Of a stretch of DNA of 64,000 nucleotides, positions 49,901-63,100 are shown one piece after another. How positions within the stretch are numbered: position 1 is the stretch's first letter; each line of letters opens with the position of its first letter. The DNA is from Rhizophagus irregularis (taxonomy: Eukaryota): the NCBI RefSeq assembly GCF_026210795.1, contig NC_089433.1, positions 310,001-374,000 on the forward strand, given 5' to 3'. The notes below the pieces were generated by a model. That model did no database searches. It was not told where the DNA came from and saw only the letters and a list, made by a program, of their open reading frames with translations. A program made the translations under genes and the position numbers.

Positions 49901-52520
49901 AGCCGAATGCAACAAATTGATGACAAGAATTAATATGATCATCAAAAAAAGAGCTGGATTAGCGAAATCTACAAGCAATTTTATATTATACGATAAAGAA
50001 TTATTAGGTCTGAAACATATTTATGACATTCAAATAGAAATGCTATGCAAAAATCTATTATACCAAGCAAACGGCAACGAAAAGCTTAAATCAATATTCA
50101 AGATAAAAATTATTCAAGAACAAAATAAAATTTGGACTTCAAAATGTCCAGGCGAATTATCAATCATAAGTAATAGGAAAAACAATTGGATATTAGACGC
50201 AGTAAAAATATTAAACATCGAAAATATTAAAATTTGTAATCACGAAATTATTAGAAATCAAGAAAACCACAGAATAAAAGGAGGAACTATAGATTTAATA
50301 GATATTTTGGATGAAAAATATATAAATATAAGCGCGTCTTCTAGAAAAACAAAAGATGTAATGTTTATAGAAGATATTTTAGAAGCGGATGGTATTACAC
50401 TTCTAAAATGGAAACATTTGATTAAAGAAAGAAATTTGAACACACAAGGAAGAATACCGCAATGGTTCAAGAATATAGAAACAAAATTATTAGAAGATAA
50501 AGAAGGTACAACAAGGAAAATCAAAAATGAGTATATAAGTATCACACAAAAGAGAAAAATTAACATCAATTATTTTGATGAAAATGAGAAGACGAATAAA
50601 AATCAAATAATTACTTGGTGCGAGACAGATGAATCTCTTATATTTGTAGAAGACAAGAAAAAATCATTTAGTAAAAAATACAAAAGATTAGGAAGACATT
50701 TAATAACGATAGGAAACAAAGATGATCTAAATAACTCGCCAAATTTGATAGGATGCGAAGGATGTCATCGAAACGTAAGTAAAAAAAAAGATAATGGGGA
50801 ATGCTTAATATATATTGAAAACGAGATTAGCAGAAAAATAGAAAAAAGAAAAGAAGAAGATTTTATAAGACCATATGAAACACTAAATAACATCTTAACA
50901 AAGAATATTTGGTTAAGAAATACTATAAACGAAGAAAAGAAAGATACATTGTACAATAAAAGAATTGAAATGATTGACAATACGATAAAAGCGAGTGAAG
51001 AGTTTATTAATATAATCAAGAATAGTATATTCGAACGAAAAGAATCAGATTTTGGGAAAGACAGATTTTTCTTAATAATAGAAGTGAAAAAAAACAAAAC
51101 AAAAATTGACGATAAAGGTAAAAGAAAATATTATTATAACATAATATGGAAAATAAGAAGTGAAAACGTAAACAATAATAACAACGAACTACAAATAATT
51201 GCAAAACATGAAAGTATTTACGACAACGAATACAAAATTATTTTAAGAAGTATTATTCTAGGGTTATTAATTATAGCAGAAAATAGCGAATTAATTCTCG
51301 AAATAAATGATAGAGTCAAGAATTTAATTTATGACTTCAATAACAAGTGTAGTAATAGACGTAAAATCGATAGCGAATATTATTTAGAGTTGCTTTTTAT
51401 AGAAGATTTTTTAGAAAACAACGAAATCGATATGTTAGACGCGAATGAAGTTACAACCAATTGCTTGAAAGAAATACGCAAAACATCGAGAGAATTTTTA
51501 GATTTTAAAATTTTTGACGACACGAGAATTGATGATTTTGAATTAATCGACGAAGCGTTAATAATAAATGAATTTAACGTGATATGGAATAATCGAATAA
51601 TATCAGGAGGTTATAGAGCTTGGAGAAAGAAAATTACAAATGCTATTTGGAAAAATGAGATACTAAATAGCGAAAAACTTGATGATTTATTTGTTTATAA
51701 TTACAAAAAAGAATTTGATTGGGTCACGACTTTGGAATTTATAAGTAATAGGACCAATTTTTCAAACAGGCAATGTGGTGATAAAGACACGAATGAACGG
51801 TCATATAGAATTAAAAATATCTTGAAAGAATTGCCATCATATAAGACACTTTTTAATAGAAATACTAACAAAATAGAATCATCGAGATGTATTAGATGCA
51901 AGAAATATGAAGAAGATTGGGAACATGTTTGGATCTGTGAAAGCAATGATTACTCAATCGACGAAATAATTCAAGAATCACCATATAAATACGAAGTTCT
52001 TCTAGAAGCTAATAATAAATATGATGATATAAAGATACTTAGGAATCACTTATGTAATTTTCTAACTTTAATCGAAAGTCCTTCATTGATACTTATAGGT
52101 AAAAGTAGAAAATGGGAATTATTGAGAGGAATTTTCAACAATAATTTCAACTATTTGTCAAAAATTAAGGAAGAACAAAGAGTAATAAAAGATTTGTGGA
52201 ATTTTATATACGATGAAATAAAAAACAGATTATGGATACTACGATGCAAAGAAGTCAAAAGATTAGAAGAAAAAGATGGTATAAGAAAATGGGAATTGAG
52301 ATTAAATAAACCAGCGTCAGATAGTAGTAGTATAGAAAGAAATATAGATATACAAAATATTAAAAACGAAAAAACAAAAGATAAAACAGATAAAAAAGAA
52401 AAAAATATATTAAAAAATAGAATTGGAATAGTAACGTTAGGCAAAATGATAGGAAAAATTACAGACGGGTTAGATATAAACAGATCATGGGACACGACTA
52501 CGAAATTACCTTTTTATTAG
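46947..52520 (+). CDS. Element 2 ORF2: APE, RT, degenerate RNase H-like region and CCHC
   Basis: Frame open from 46947; APE motif I (KIGCINVRG) lies upstream of the first ATG at 47070; ISETK, GDFN, SRIDFIF, TDH; RPIVLLE, MDISKAYD, GIDQGEVWSP, FMDD, RYLG; CIRC...HVWIC. Confidence 0.93.
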   Translation, partial: KNKIFKREKNKKREINENQKQKENIKDKNNNLKIGCINVRGMNDNVKQGEIRKFLGKEQWDIAIISETKLKESKGKHIYMDWNAYECINSSYNNENTKNGILILLKKEINDRRYAIEKINGHAIKVDILFRGSQKNIRIIGIYNPNNDKPATKIIETKLAKWMNEATNLDYEMIILGDFNESANDRKKKREKPITTTIKQHGLQDIHECLTTEKDVLDTWRSGEYSSRIDFIFLSEGVLEEIISHEILDIADFKTDHRALTIKIKIKEKLEKSKIKKLRNIRKEIKHIKLDQKDWNIIAEEVEQRLEDLDQNTTQISNRDQMWNKIVEIVNKEKKIRLTEIKRERNDRKEKESISDIERTNEEILEKWIDEYEHLEKISNIEHSIIKAVDKVVTKLWRDRSADQYKYSFKEFEENLEIENWGTTDTGNYIAIKIAKLIKTHDRFEKRNDYNLNIDKLRNHEFRKELKDREKNRKKIMDKLYGQITEKKIEVNIRKRELYLEEDIGKMINKILERKKGKINMSSLIVREKGKITIEKDQKEIKTRVLNHYKEWTRKREIDLDEIEFNHEWRDIYSPKEDVDEDIYENLMIPIRMEELESVLNNLKSNKAPGQSGISYDFWKKSKTLTRKLLLEIINDSMLEENAIDDWKKGIIYPINKTTRSDWNQDLSLTRPIVLLETARKIWFKVLVNRLTDILTREQILMNTNFAALKNESTLEPIKIIQAIIEDANNYNKEAWILLMDISKAYDSVNTTMLKKSLERIKLPNSFINLVMDISLNRSNKILVNNELTDSYHVEDGIDQGEVWSPILWRIFYDTLLSRLNEIKDETGYNFHEERIINRENDEKEILDISINVTAFMDDTTLISSNKSQLERLINICHEFFQINDIKANVSKYELIKINNKTEDLTIEGNKIEKVNDADGNRYLGIFFRHDNKRDIYKKKIISIIDSACNIFNWKKLNEKQIIAVWNIVIMPRIEYQLAAIVLKKAECNKLMTRINMIIKKRAGLAKSTSNFILYDKELLGLKHIYDIQIEMLCKNLLYQANGNEKLKSIFKIKIIQEQNKIWTSKCPGELSIISNRKNNWILDAVKILNIENIKICNHEIIRNQENHRIKGGTIDLIDILDEKYINISASSRKTKDVMFIEDILEADGITLLKWKHLIKERNLNTQGRIPQWFKNIETKLLEDKEGTTRKIKNEYISITQKRKININYFDENEKTNKNQIITWCETDESLIFVEDKKKSFSKKYKRLGRHLITIGNKDDLNNSPNLIGCEGCHRNVSKKKDNGECLIYIENEISRKIEKRKEEDFIRPYETLNNILTKNIWLRNTINEEKKDTLYNKRIEMIDNTIKASEEFINIIKNSIFERKESDFGKDRFFLIIEVKKNKTKIDDKGKRKYYYNIIWKIRSENVNNNNNELQIIAKHESIYDNEYKIILRSIILGLLIIAENSELILEINDRVKNLIYDFNNKCSNRRKIDSEYYLELLFIEDFLENNEIDMLDANEVTTNCLKEIRKTSREFLDFKIFDDTRIDDFELIDEALIINEFNVIWNNRIISGGYRAWRKKITNAIWKNEILNSEKLDDLFVYNYKKEFDWVTTLEFISNRTNFSNRQCGDKDTNERSYRIKNILKELPSYKTLFNRNTNKIESSRCIRCKKYEEDWEHVWICESNDYSIDEIIQESPYKYEVLLEANNKYDDIKILRNHLCNFLTLIESPSLILIGKSRKWELLRGIFNNNFNYLSKIKEEQRVIKDLWNFIYDEIKNRLWILRCKEVKRLEEKDGIRKWELRLNKPASDSSSIERNIDIQNIKNEKTKDKTDKKEKNILKNRIGIVTLGKMIGKITDGLDINRSWDTTTKLPFY

Positions 52521-52702
52521 TTTAGCAAATATTTACATAATATTATTAGTAACTTAGTACGGATAGAATTTTAAATAATTTTATGTTCGAAAATCACTTA
52601 GTTATAGGGTTTTACAATTTATTTTTATTGTACTGCTCTAAGTGTTTTTATATTTAATTATGTAATTGTTCGCAATTCTAAATAATTAATAAAACGCGTT
52701 AC

Positions 52703-52749
<47 letters not shown>

Positions 52750-55579
52750 AATTTTGGTCAATTTTTGTAGTAATATTTCTTCCAGATAACAACAGATAAT
52801 ATCAATAAAGTTTATTTAAAGTTATAAAAGATTATCTCAATTATTGTTTAAGTGTACATTTTTTTATTTGTGTGAAATCCTTTATTCGTGTTTGAATGTA
52901 TATGCCGATGTACAGCGTTATTATTATAAAAATTCTGACTTAATAGTGTTACGATAAAAAACGATGTGACGAAATCACGTGATATAACCGTTGATCGATG
53001 GTAATGTATCGGGACGATTTATATTACCGTTGGATGATCAACGTCATATAACGGGAGGATCAATGTTCGAAATGTTTGATATATCAAATATATCAAATAT
53101 ATTAGATATATTGCACATATTAAATATATCACACATGTTAAACATATCAAACATTTTAAACATTTTTAGCTTAGTGTTTTTACATATAAATAGATGTGTT
53201 ATTTTTCGATGTATTTAAGATAGGTATCCAAGTCACTAAGATATTAAGTGATAATTTATTGATATTAAATAAAATATTTTTATTGTTATAAATATCTTTG
53301 GTTATCTCATTGTTAATTGTTGTCATATACACCTAACCTATTGTTTTATTGTCATTTATTGTCATAATCCTTTATTTGTGTCTGATCGTATTTGCCATTG
53401 GGAGTGCAATACTTTATTCACATCTGATCGGATTTGAAGTAAATTTGGTCAATTGTAATTTAGAGATATTAATTTTATTTATTAACCTTGCATTAACTAT
53501 CGTTATATTACATATACACATATACCTTCTGCTTACCCTTAATAATCTTTTGTTTATATTAATAAACGATAAAAGAACTGATACTAACAATAGTATAATA
53601 ATAAACCATTTCATTTAAATTTAAATAAATATATATATATATGATAAGTATTTTGTCATGATTTAGTTTTATATAATTACGATTTAATTTCGAAAGTCGC
53701 CCGTAAGAAGTTACTGAATATTAAGGCGATCGCCACCTGACTTGATCGAATCGTGCAAAATTAGTTACCAAAATTGCAACAAATCGTAAAAATGTACTAT
53801 CGAAATCGTATCAATTTATAAACAAATCGTAAAATTGTATTAAATATTTAAGTTACTGTTCTTTTGAAATTGCTTGTAAAGTTTTAGTAAATTATAATAG
53901 ACAGCTTTGAAAAAAATACATATTTCTAAAACTAAATACACTGTAACTAACTTTTAATAGATAAATATTTGTCATTGTATTAATCTATCTTGTAGAGTTG
54001 ATTTCTTTTTAATATTTTCTTTAACTTGTGTTTGTTTCTTAATAAATATAATGTTAAAGAAATAAATCAAAGAAAATTCTGGTATCTACCAAAATCCACA
54101 TGTCCAAAGATCTAGTTGGCTAAAAAAAGAGAAGAATCGAAATATTAGAAAATATTTCGTTGAAAGAAATATATTAAAAAATTCCTGATTTCTCACCAGA
54201 ATTCTACACATATGAAGACAAATCATAAAGAAGAGGAAGATTAGTGCCAAAGACAACAAGAAAAAACAGTAAATAATAAAAAAATGCTCAAACCCACCTT
54301 CATTCCCACAAGAAAAATCCTAGAATCATGAAAAGAAAGATTATTGTTAGTAATGAAGGCAAAAGACAACAATAAAATGAACATAAATTGAATACTCACT
54401 CCATCTCAAAGTGAACCATTCAGGCTCTTTTTTTACGCATGAATAGTCAACCCCTTCACTAATGATGGTCCGACCATCAAAAGCATAATTTTCATTGATT
54501 TGATATCATTTTCGGGGAGCTTTGACAGTAGTTGATTTTTTAAAAAGAAAACTTTGAGAGTTACTGAAATCTAAAAAAATGAAGCTAAAACCTACTAAAA
54601 AATGAAAGTCAAAAGTTAATAACAAAGAGAAAAAGAAACAAAAAAATATCCAAATGAAGAGAAACAAAAAAAAAAGAAAGAAAATGAATACTCACCGGCT
54701 GTCTAAAAAGTAGGTAATGATTATTTATGTGAAAGGAAAAAGAGAAAGGGAAAGGGAAGACGAAAAGAGGGAAAGAGAAATTGTGAGAGAGGAAAAAGGA
54801 AGAACAAAAGAGGGACGGAAAGAATGAAAGAAGAATGGAAAAAGGTTAAAAAAGGTTAAAAAGGTTAAAAAGTAAAGGCTTAATCAAACTGCTTACTTAA
54901 TTTTCATTATATTGTCCATTATTTTACCGATAATAGATTTATTAATTTTTATTGATAATAGCTTATAAAAAATATTTTTAGAATATTTATTCTAAAATTC
55001 TAAATAATATTATATTAAATTGATAAAAAATTTTCTAAAAAAAAGATGTAATTCCGGCATAATATAAGAAGTGCCAATTGCCAAAAAAAGATTTTTGGTC
55101 GATTTGCGACTTTTGCGTTAACCGATGTAATACCTATGCCCGTGATAAATCACGTTGCCACCATAGATATGATACTTTATTAATAGTATAAATAAATACA
55201 ATAATATGCTTGGTTTAATAATATTAAATAGCGGTTAAATATTCATCCTAAAATTCTAAAAATTATTCTAAAAATTTGGAACCCCCCGGACTTAGTCAAA
55301 CTCGTACCCTTTTTATATTTATTTGTAACCTAAGGGATTATCCTTTACTTACTGCGTTGGACATTTTCTCAAAAATGTTAAAGTGGTAAAAAGTGTTGCT
55401 CAAAAATAAATATTTTCCCATCAACAAAAATGTTGTTACCAACAATGTCCACCTTTTGGTTTTACGAATTTCATTTTTACACTTTTTATCCAAAATGATC
55501 ATCATAAAATATCTTCTTAATTTTGTAACTAATGATTTCATCCTTAACGTCATGATCTACAAATTAATCACCTAATACC

Positions 55580-56612
55580 TTTTATCACCTGACCTTTAAT
55601 TAATTCTTCGTTGCGGACTATTTATCCTATTGGTTGGTAGTTTAATGCCATTCCGGACCAATTATCCTTTGTTCACATGAGTCGTAGTTTAATGTCTTTG
55701 CGGACCAATTAAAATACAATTTTAAACTAAAAATTTATACACTAATATTAAATATAATACTGCGCCCCACAATTATTAAATTTACTAGGTAAGTTACGGC
55801 ATTACACCGATCAGCCGGTGAAAACAAATGACCGGCGATCACATGACATTATGCTTTTTATCAATCCGCGCAGTACATTCCAATTTTAAACTTTGACAAA
55901 GGTGAGTTTGCTTCTTAGTGAATAATAGTGCAATTATTCACACGGTTTTTCATATGTAGGATTTTCCTCTATTAATTTCTAGAATTCCTATGTATTGTAA
56001 TTCCTGTATCTAAAATGAAATAATACCAATTAACGCTCATTTTTATAAGTTATGTACAATATTAATAAGCAAAGTGTGTTTAATATCCTAGTTAAATAAT
56101 TTAAGTTGATTTTCATCCGAACATAAATCAATTTTATGGAATCAGTATAAATAAATCTCTATTTACTAATAAAATTTTGAGAAACTAAACTTAATTAATT
56201 ATGTTATCAAATAATTATACAGTGATATTTACATTCCAGAGAAATAAATAATTCAGAGATTTGCAATAATATTTAAATTAATTACGATTACAGACCTTAT
56301 ATTGTCTAAACAATTAAATATTGAAGCTTCTTCAAATTCATCAATTCGTGGAATGTTAGTTACCACAAATAAAAATTATTCTTTAGCCTGTTTAGACGTA
56401 TAAATTATTTGTCGTGCTAATCAACGTGAATGTGATGAAATTTTTTGGTTGGATAATCATATAATTTAAAACATCATACTGTAATGCCGTAGTATACACA
56501 GTGAATCTATTAATTTTAAGGCGCAGCATTGTATTTTGAATTAGTGTATATTTACAATTGTATATTAGATGGTCCGCGATGACGTTAAACTAGAGGATCA
56601 GGTGATAACGTC
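55580..56612. mobile_element. Old element with long diverged terminal inverted repeats (~1 kb)
   Basis: TAGTTTAATGTCTTTGCGGACCAATTAAAATACAATT...ATACACTAAT...CTGCGCC (55685-55766) is the imperfect reverse complement of 56520-56593; TTATCACCTGA (55582) pairs with TCAGGTGATAA (~56599). Confidence 0.65.
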
Positions 56613-59600
56613 CGAGATAACGTAAAATTAAGGAGTAACCACGGATTTGTGTATTTGTTTATAGGTGATTATCAATGATTGACATATTCTTCGTTAAAAA
56701 TATATTTATCTAATAATAATAGTCACCTGGAGAAAAAAGTTTAACAAGTATTTTCATTTATTTATCTAAATGATTGGTAAAAGAAATTTCATCTACCAAT
56801 TTGGTATAAAGTAAAAAATGATTGAATATTTTATTATTTATCTCATGTATACTAATTGGTCGCCAGTGATTTTTTTGATGATATAATTCATGCCGGTAAT
56901 TTTTCTGATGATATTTTTCATGTTTACGTGTTTTTATAGTTTATTTATACCTTTCCCACTCCTTCCCATCACTGGACGTTAGTCTCCATGAGTAATACTA
57001 GTTATTTTATTTATTATAAGTATAGCATTCTTTGTTGTATTTGATCCAATTAGCTAGGTTTTTTTCTATTTTTTTTTTTGTTGTAACTTTTTCCCGTTAG
57101 ACGATTCTAGATAACTTTTTGCGGTAAGTTTCTTTGGGTGAGCGTTATTGGTATTAATAGCAATACTAGTAATTCTATTTATTTCTTCTTTTTTTTAGGT
57201 TTCTGGACGATTTTTGGCAATTCGTGGTAGGTTGGATGTTAATGGCGACATTGTTAAACTATATTACCGCTACCTTTTTTATTTTTTTTTAGGTTCCCAG
57301 ATGATCTAAACAACATTATATTCTTCATGGTAGGTCCTTTGTATGGTGCCAATGGCGTATTACTTAATAATGTTAACGCATTTTTTTATTTTTTAGATTT
57401 CTGGATGATTCTTGGGCGTGGTCAGTAAATTTCTTTGGATAATTATGTGATGGTGTTAATTGTAGTACTAACACCATTATTTATTTTGTTTTTTTAGGCT
57501 TTGAAGCAATTTTGGGTCGAAGCATCATGGTACGTAGGTTCTTTAAATGGTGTGATAATGATGCTATTAGACAAAACTAATAATTGCCTTCGCATTTTTG
57601 TAGGTTTTTTGGATAGGAAACGTAGACTCTAAGACGTATTAGAAGTTGTTTGTTGGAATCGAACCAACTGGAACAATGTTCCAAATCATTAACAACATAG
57701 TTTAGAAGGATAAAATATTAATGTAACGCATATAATAAATATCTAGTTTTAAATAAATAAAATAAATAAATGATGTTTATTAATAAATAATAATATACAA
57801 TACACTTAGGATATAACATGAGATATCAGGATATTAATCGATGAAACATCGTATTTTAATAATATAAATATCATTGAAATATCAAGATACCGATATGAAT
57901 ATGATATATATACAATGCGAGTATGGCCAGTTTGGGGATGCCCTATAACTCCAACGAAACATAAGCAGTCACTTTATAATTTTCGATATTTTGTAATATA
58001 ATTTTAAATAAACTTTGGTAATCATATTATCATATTGTTTATTTAAATCTTCTAATTTTAATTTATCTTTATCAGGCACTACACCGGTTAGCATAGGCCC
58101 CAATTTTCCACACTATCAGTAGGAATATTGGCAGTTGCATTCAATAACGATCAAATATTAAAAAATTCTCTTAAATGAGATGCTTCAGACCAATTTTCAA
58201 AAAATGTCTCAAGTCCATCTATTCCTAGCAAAATATTCTTTTTTTTTTGTGAAAATAGTCTTTTTATTTATTTTCTGTATTATAAGTTAAATAGCTTGCA
58301 CTGCATAAAATTTGGTTTACGCTTTATTATCAAACAACACGCAAATTCAATGCATAATAATAATAATGCTAATATTACAATCATCAAATACAATTCTTTC
58401 CGCAATCCCAATTTGACCTATTTCGTAAAGGTCGCTTTCACATAAAATGAATAAAGCATGAAGTGGGATTGTTATTAAATTAGTCACTTTACTTCAATTT
58501 TTTCATATTATTATTCATTGAAGAAAAAAAAAAATGATTAAATGTTGATAATCAAATATAATAAAGAATCACGTATAAACAAACTTAAATTAAATTTCCA
58601 ATTTGCCATTTTAATGAATTATTGACTATTTAGTGATTAAAATTTTAGAAATACTTACTGTTGACAAAATGACATTAAAATAACTTGGATGAATTTTTGC
58701 TTATTTAATATTTATGATTATTATTTTTTGGAAATTTAAAACTGATATCTTCATTAAGAGAAAATAATAATATTCTAGTAATAAGTTTCTTGGGATTATT
58801 ATCGTCTTCTACATTTTCGTTTTCCTTTATTATGAGCGCGGAACTAAAAACATTTGAACGAATATTGTTTATTTTTTTGAAAAATTGATTTTCTTTACTA
58901 TCATAACTTGCAAAACTTTTGTATAATACTTTGTAATTTTATAAATATTTTCTTCAGTATAATCGTTATAATCGATATTCAACTTTGCCACTTGTTTGCG
59001 TTCAATTTTTCCATTTACATGAATCACCTAAACAAAATTATCTTTCTTTAAGTTCTGCATATTTGAATTTATTTAACACTAATTTTATAAAATATTTATA
59101 AGAAACAAATAATACAATTATTATTTGATTATGGTATTATAACTGATTTATAAATACGCATAAGTAAGATGAACCTACATAATACACAATAATATGATAA
59201 AGAATAATATTTTTTGTAAATTATGCATTCGGATTTAATACTGACTATGTATTTTTGATAAAAAGTACAATGCTTTGAGTTGTAATTATATGTATTAAAG
59301 CAATTGAGATTTCGCTTTAATATAATCGTTTTAACTAATTCATTCACGCTTAAATGTGTGTGAACGAATAACAATCTTTATAAATTAATTGATAATAAAC
59401 TGCATCCCAATCAAAAGTTTTTATTTGTCCAATTACTATAAACAATGGGATACTTTAAAATAAATACAGTTATCCCAATTTTAATGCTTGAATTTTACTA
59501 ATACAGTAATAGCAAATATTATTCCACAAGTTTATTTTTTATTAATTAATAAAACCATTGTAATATTATCGTATTAAACCTAAAACCTAAAAATCATTAT

Positions 59601-60129
59601 TTTTAAATCAAAAAAGTAATCGATAATGATTATAAAATTGAAGTGATTTTATTAATAATAACGAATTTGTAAATCAAATCTATTACATCAGTTAAATAAA
59701 TCTAATCTCTTTGTTGGTGGGGTATGAGATGTTTGTACTATAATTGTCCGGAGCATAGCGAAGGACTATTTATTGTACGGAACTAGATAAATTTGCAGTA
59801 CCAGTTTTAACCCATGCATTTGCCTTCCTTCCACCTACGTCACTATAATTTAGCCCCTGCTTATTTCCTTTTATGTTTTGTATCACATTTTTTGTAACAC
59901 TTGTCACATTTTTGTAACCATTTATATATACATATGTATATTATTGTTACTATTAAGCTTAAGCAGTGTTTAAGCATATTAAGCAATGGACTCTCAATGG
60001 TTTCCGTTTTCCTAGTATTATTTAAATATTCTACACAGTTTATTACTTGATTATTTTTACAATTTTCTTTTACTTCCTCTTCAATTTTCAAGATTATAAT
60101 GTGACTACACTCTACTAATTCCTAAAACA

Positions 60130-63100
60130 TATATTAATTTAATCTTAGCGTAAGAGTTTGTAAGATAAGTTTAACATTAATGTCACAACGAATACCTTTA
60201 TTTTCCATATAAGTTCAATTAAGCAAGATGCTTCATATTTTTCCTTTTCTACAGGAATTAAAACTTCTGCTACTTTTCTTATTCATCCTATACTTTCGTG
60301 AAATGAATCATAAACTAATAAAGTAGCCTTCCCATCTATATAATAAAGTATGTATAAAGAATTAATTCATACTTTATTCATAAATATAACTTAAATATGT
60401 ACCATGAATATGTAATCCATATAATCGCAATTCCTTAAACAAACTAATAAGGCATGCATGAAGATAAATTTCGGGCCTTTTTACAATAATAGATGATCAA
60501 ACTGTTATAACAGCACAGTCATGTATCAATCTAACTAATTTGTTATAGTCCTCATTCTCTTGTTATATAGTATATATATTTTTTAATTGAAAGGCTTTAT
60601 TATAATAAATGATATTATCTTTTTTGGTAATAAATCAATTGTTACAATTAATCTTTAAAAAAAGTGTAATTTAAATATCAATGAGGTATAATCTTTCATA
60701 TTCTTTAATCACTTTTTCATTTGCTTTAACAGAAATTGGATTGACCATACACAAACATTGAAACATCCCAAGAAACTGTAGCATGGGTAATGTCAACCCC
60801 TGTGTTTTATGAATAATAAGTGAAAAATGCATTTTGTAAAGAAATTGAGTGCTTCTAGCTGAAAGTATAATTTTAAACTCTGATAATATCATAATAGCAT
60901 TAAAATCAATTATTCACTGAAGTCAGATTTTATTCAGAGTTTAAAATAAAACCTCCATTTAATATAAAATATTATTAGTATTTGGTATCTATAATTATAC
61001 TAGCTTTTATTTTTTAAGTTTCTGATGTAAATTTTGATCATTCCCAATTTTAATTACACCTTTCTATGCTATCACATAATCTTTAGCAAAATTGCCTTCA
61101 TTCAAAATGGTACATAACCCAATACTAGTACTGTTGATCTTTAGCTAATCCTAATTCAATTATCAAATCTCTTCTTAAACATGTTTACAAGAGTATTACA
61201 ATTCTTCTTATTTACAAAAAAATGTGCACTGGTATCCCAACATCCATAAATATTGCGGAATTACAAAGTCAGTCATATCTATTAGTCTTGTAGGTAGAAT
61301 CAATAAGTATTAACCATTTGTGATACTGAAGTTTTTTAGTTGTTTCTATAGGCACTTTTTTTTCATTTCAAATCATATACATTTGAATTAAGACTTAATT
61401 CATCTGTTGTGTATCTCTTAACAGTATCAGGCATAGTATAGTTTTTTGCTTCATTTTTGACTAAAATCTGGACAACTTGTAAATGTTTAACTTTATCATT
61501 ATTATCTTACAATGCATTTTTAATCAATGGATTACTAAACACTCTTTTGGCTTTTGATGAATTAGCTTTCATGTCAATGGAATCTTTTAAGTCAGTGTGT
61601 GATCAGGAGATTCCTTGTAATGTTTGATTCTAATGATTTTTGAAGAAATTAAGTATGAAACTTTAGTGACAAATACCAGATGGTAGAATTGATATTTTTC
61701 TATATTTGTTATTTTGATGTTTTCATTTTGTTTTGCTTGACTTGATATTTCATAAACTGATACATGAAGGCCTTCCACTAATGATCACCATTGAAGAGTT
61801 TTCACAAATTGTATTGTATCCAAATATTTGTGACTAAAGGCTACAATTGTTATCAAAATCTTTAATTGGAATTTCTAAGGTAACATTTACAAGATCCCAC
61901 TTTTCATCTTGAGTAAGTCTAGTCAAAAAGGATGCAACCAGTAAAGTAGTCATAATAAATTTTTTTTTCCCTCCAAATATAAATAATAATTGCAATCTCA
62001 TATAAAAAGAAAAATATACTAGTTATCTTCAAATAGAATATTGAAGTATATAAAAATAAATAAATATAGTGAAATCATACTAGTTTAGAAGTGGGACTTA
62101 ATAGTAATATTATAATAATAATTCCAACAAATAGTAAGAAAATAAAACTTCTATATAAAAAACTAAATCACAAGATTTTGGACCAACTTTTTAATTTAAA
62201 AAAGCCATAAAAAGAAGTATTACTTATTACTGAATACTTTTTTTAAAACATTTCCAATGCTCATAACTAACAGTTAACAATGAGAACAAAAAACTTTAAA
62301 AAAAAGTAATAAACAGAAAAAATGTGATACCAATATCAAAAAAAAATTTTCAATAAGCAAATCATATTTCATATCTGGCCAATGGTCACCTTCATCCACT
62401 TCTTCTTTTCTTTTTAGAGATGATATCATATGTGTATATAAATGCAACCTCACATGAATACTGAAACTGTGTACTCCCACTTGGTTCCACCATTAACTGA
62501 AAACATCTTCTAAAAGTGCATCCTTAGAGAAAATACTAAAAATCATTGTACATAGTGGAATCTTGTGACCAATATACAATTCAGGTATTTTCTTTTGTAA
62601 TCATACAGAGTATCCAAAACTTAAATATTAAAAGTAACATCAAATTGTCTTATATAAAACAAGTGATTTATTACATAGATTTTTTCTGATACCACAGTTT
62701 GCAATAATCCCATAGCATTTACCTTTCTACTTCTTTTTTAAGTTCCATATTTTCTTTTTTTAGATAATGTTTTCTTTTAAGGTTTTTAACCCTATTTTCT
62801 AAGGCCCTTTCTGTTGTTGTATTTTGTAATTCCCACTCTTATTGCCTGTGTATGTGATAATGTTGGAAGATAACTAACTTTGCATTATTCATATCTTTTA
62901 AATTTCCTTTAAGATTAAGATCTAATGTTAATATTTGGCCTTTATAATCCAATCTATCAAACACATAAGCATGTAATTCTCTAGCTATTAAAATTCCAGT
63001 ACCCTAGATAGTTTTCATTATCTTTATTTGTAAAATATGATATATAATTGTTCATAATAGTTTTGTATATATATTTGGCCTCTATATTTTTAAGAAAGTT

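Larger units (their letters stand above)
44684..52746 (+). mobile_element. Full-length non-LTR retrotransposon (element 2), ~8.06 kb
   Basis: 15-bp TSD ATAAATTTTGGTCAA at 44669-44683 and 52747-52761; AATAAA at 52688; poly(A) 52709-52747; ORF1 and ORF2 present. Confidence 0.96.

Noticed and set aside
49589..52495. Antisense ORFs inside element 2 (similarly inside element 1)
   Set aside because: Expected shadows of strongly A-biased coding strands; no motifs
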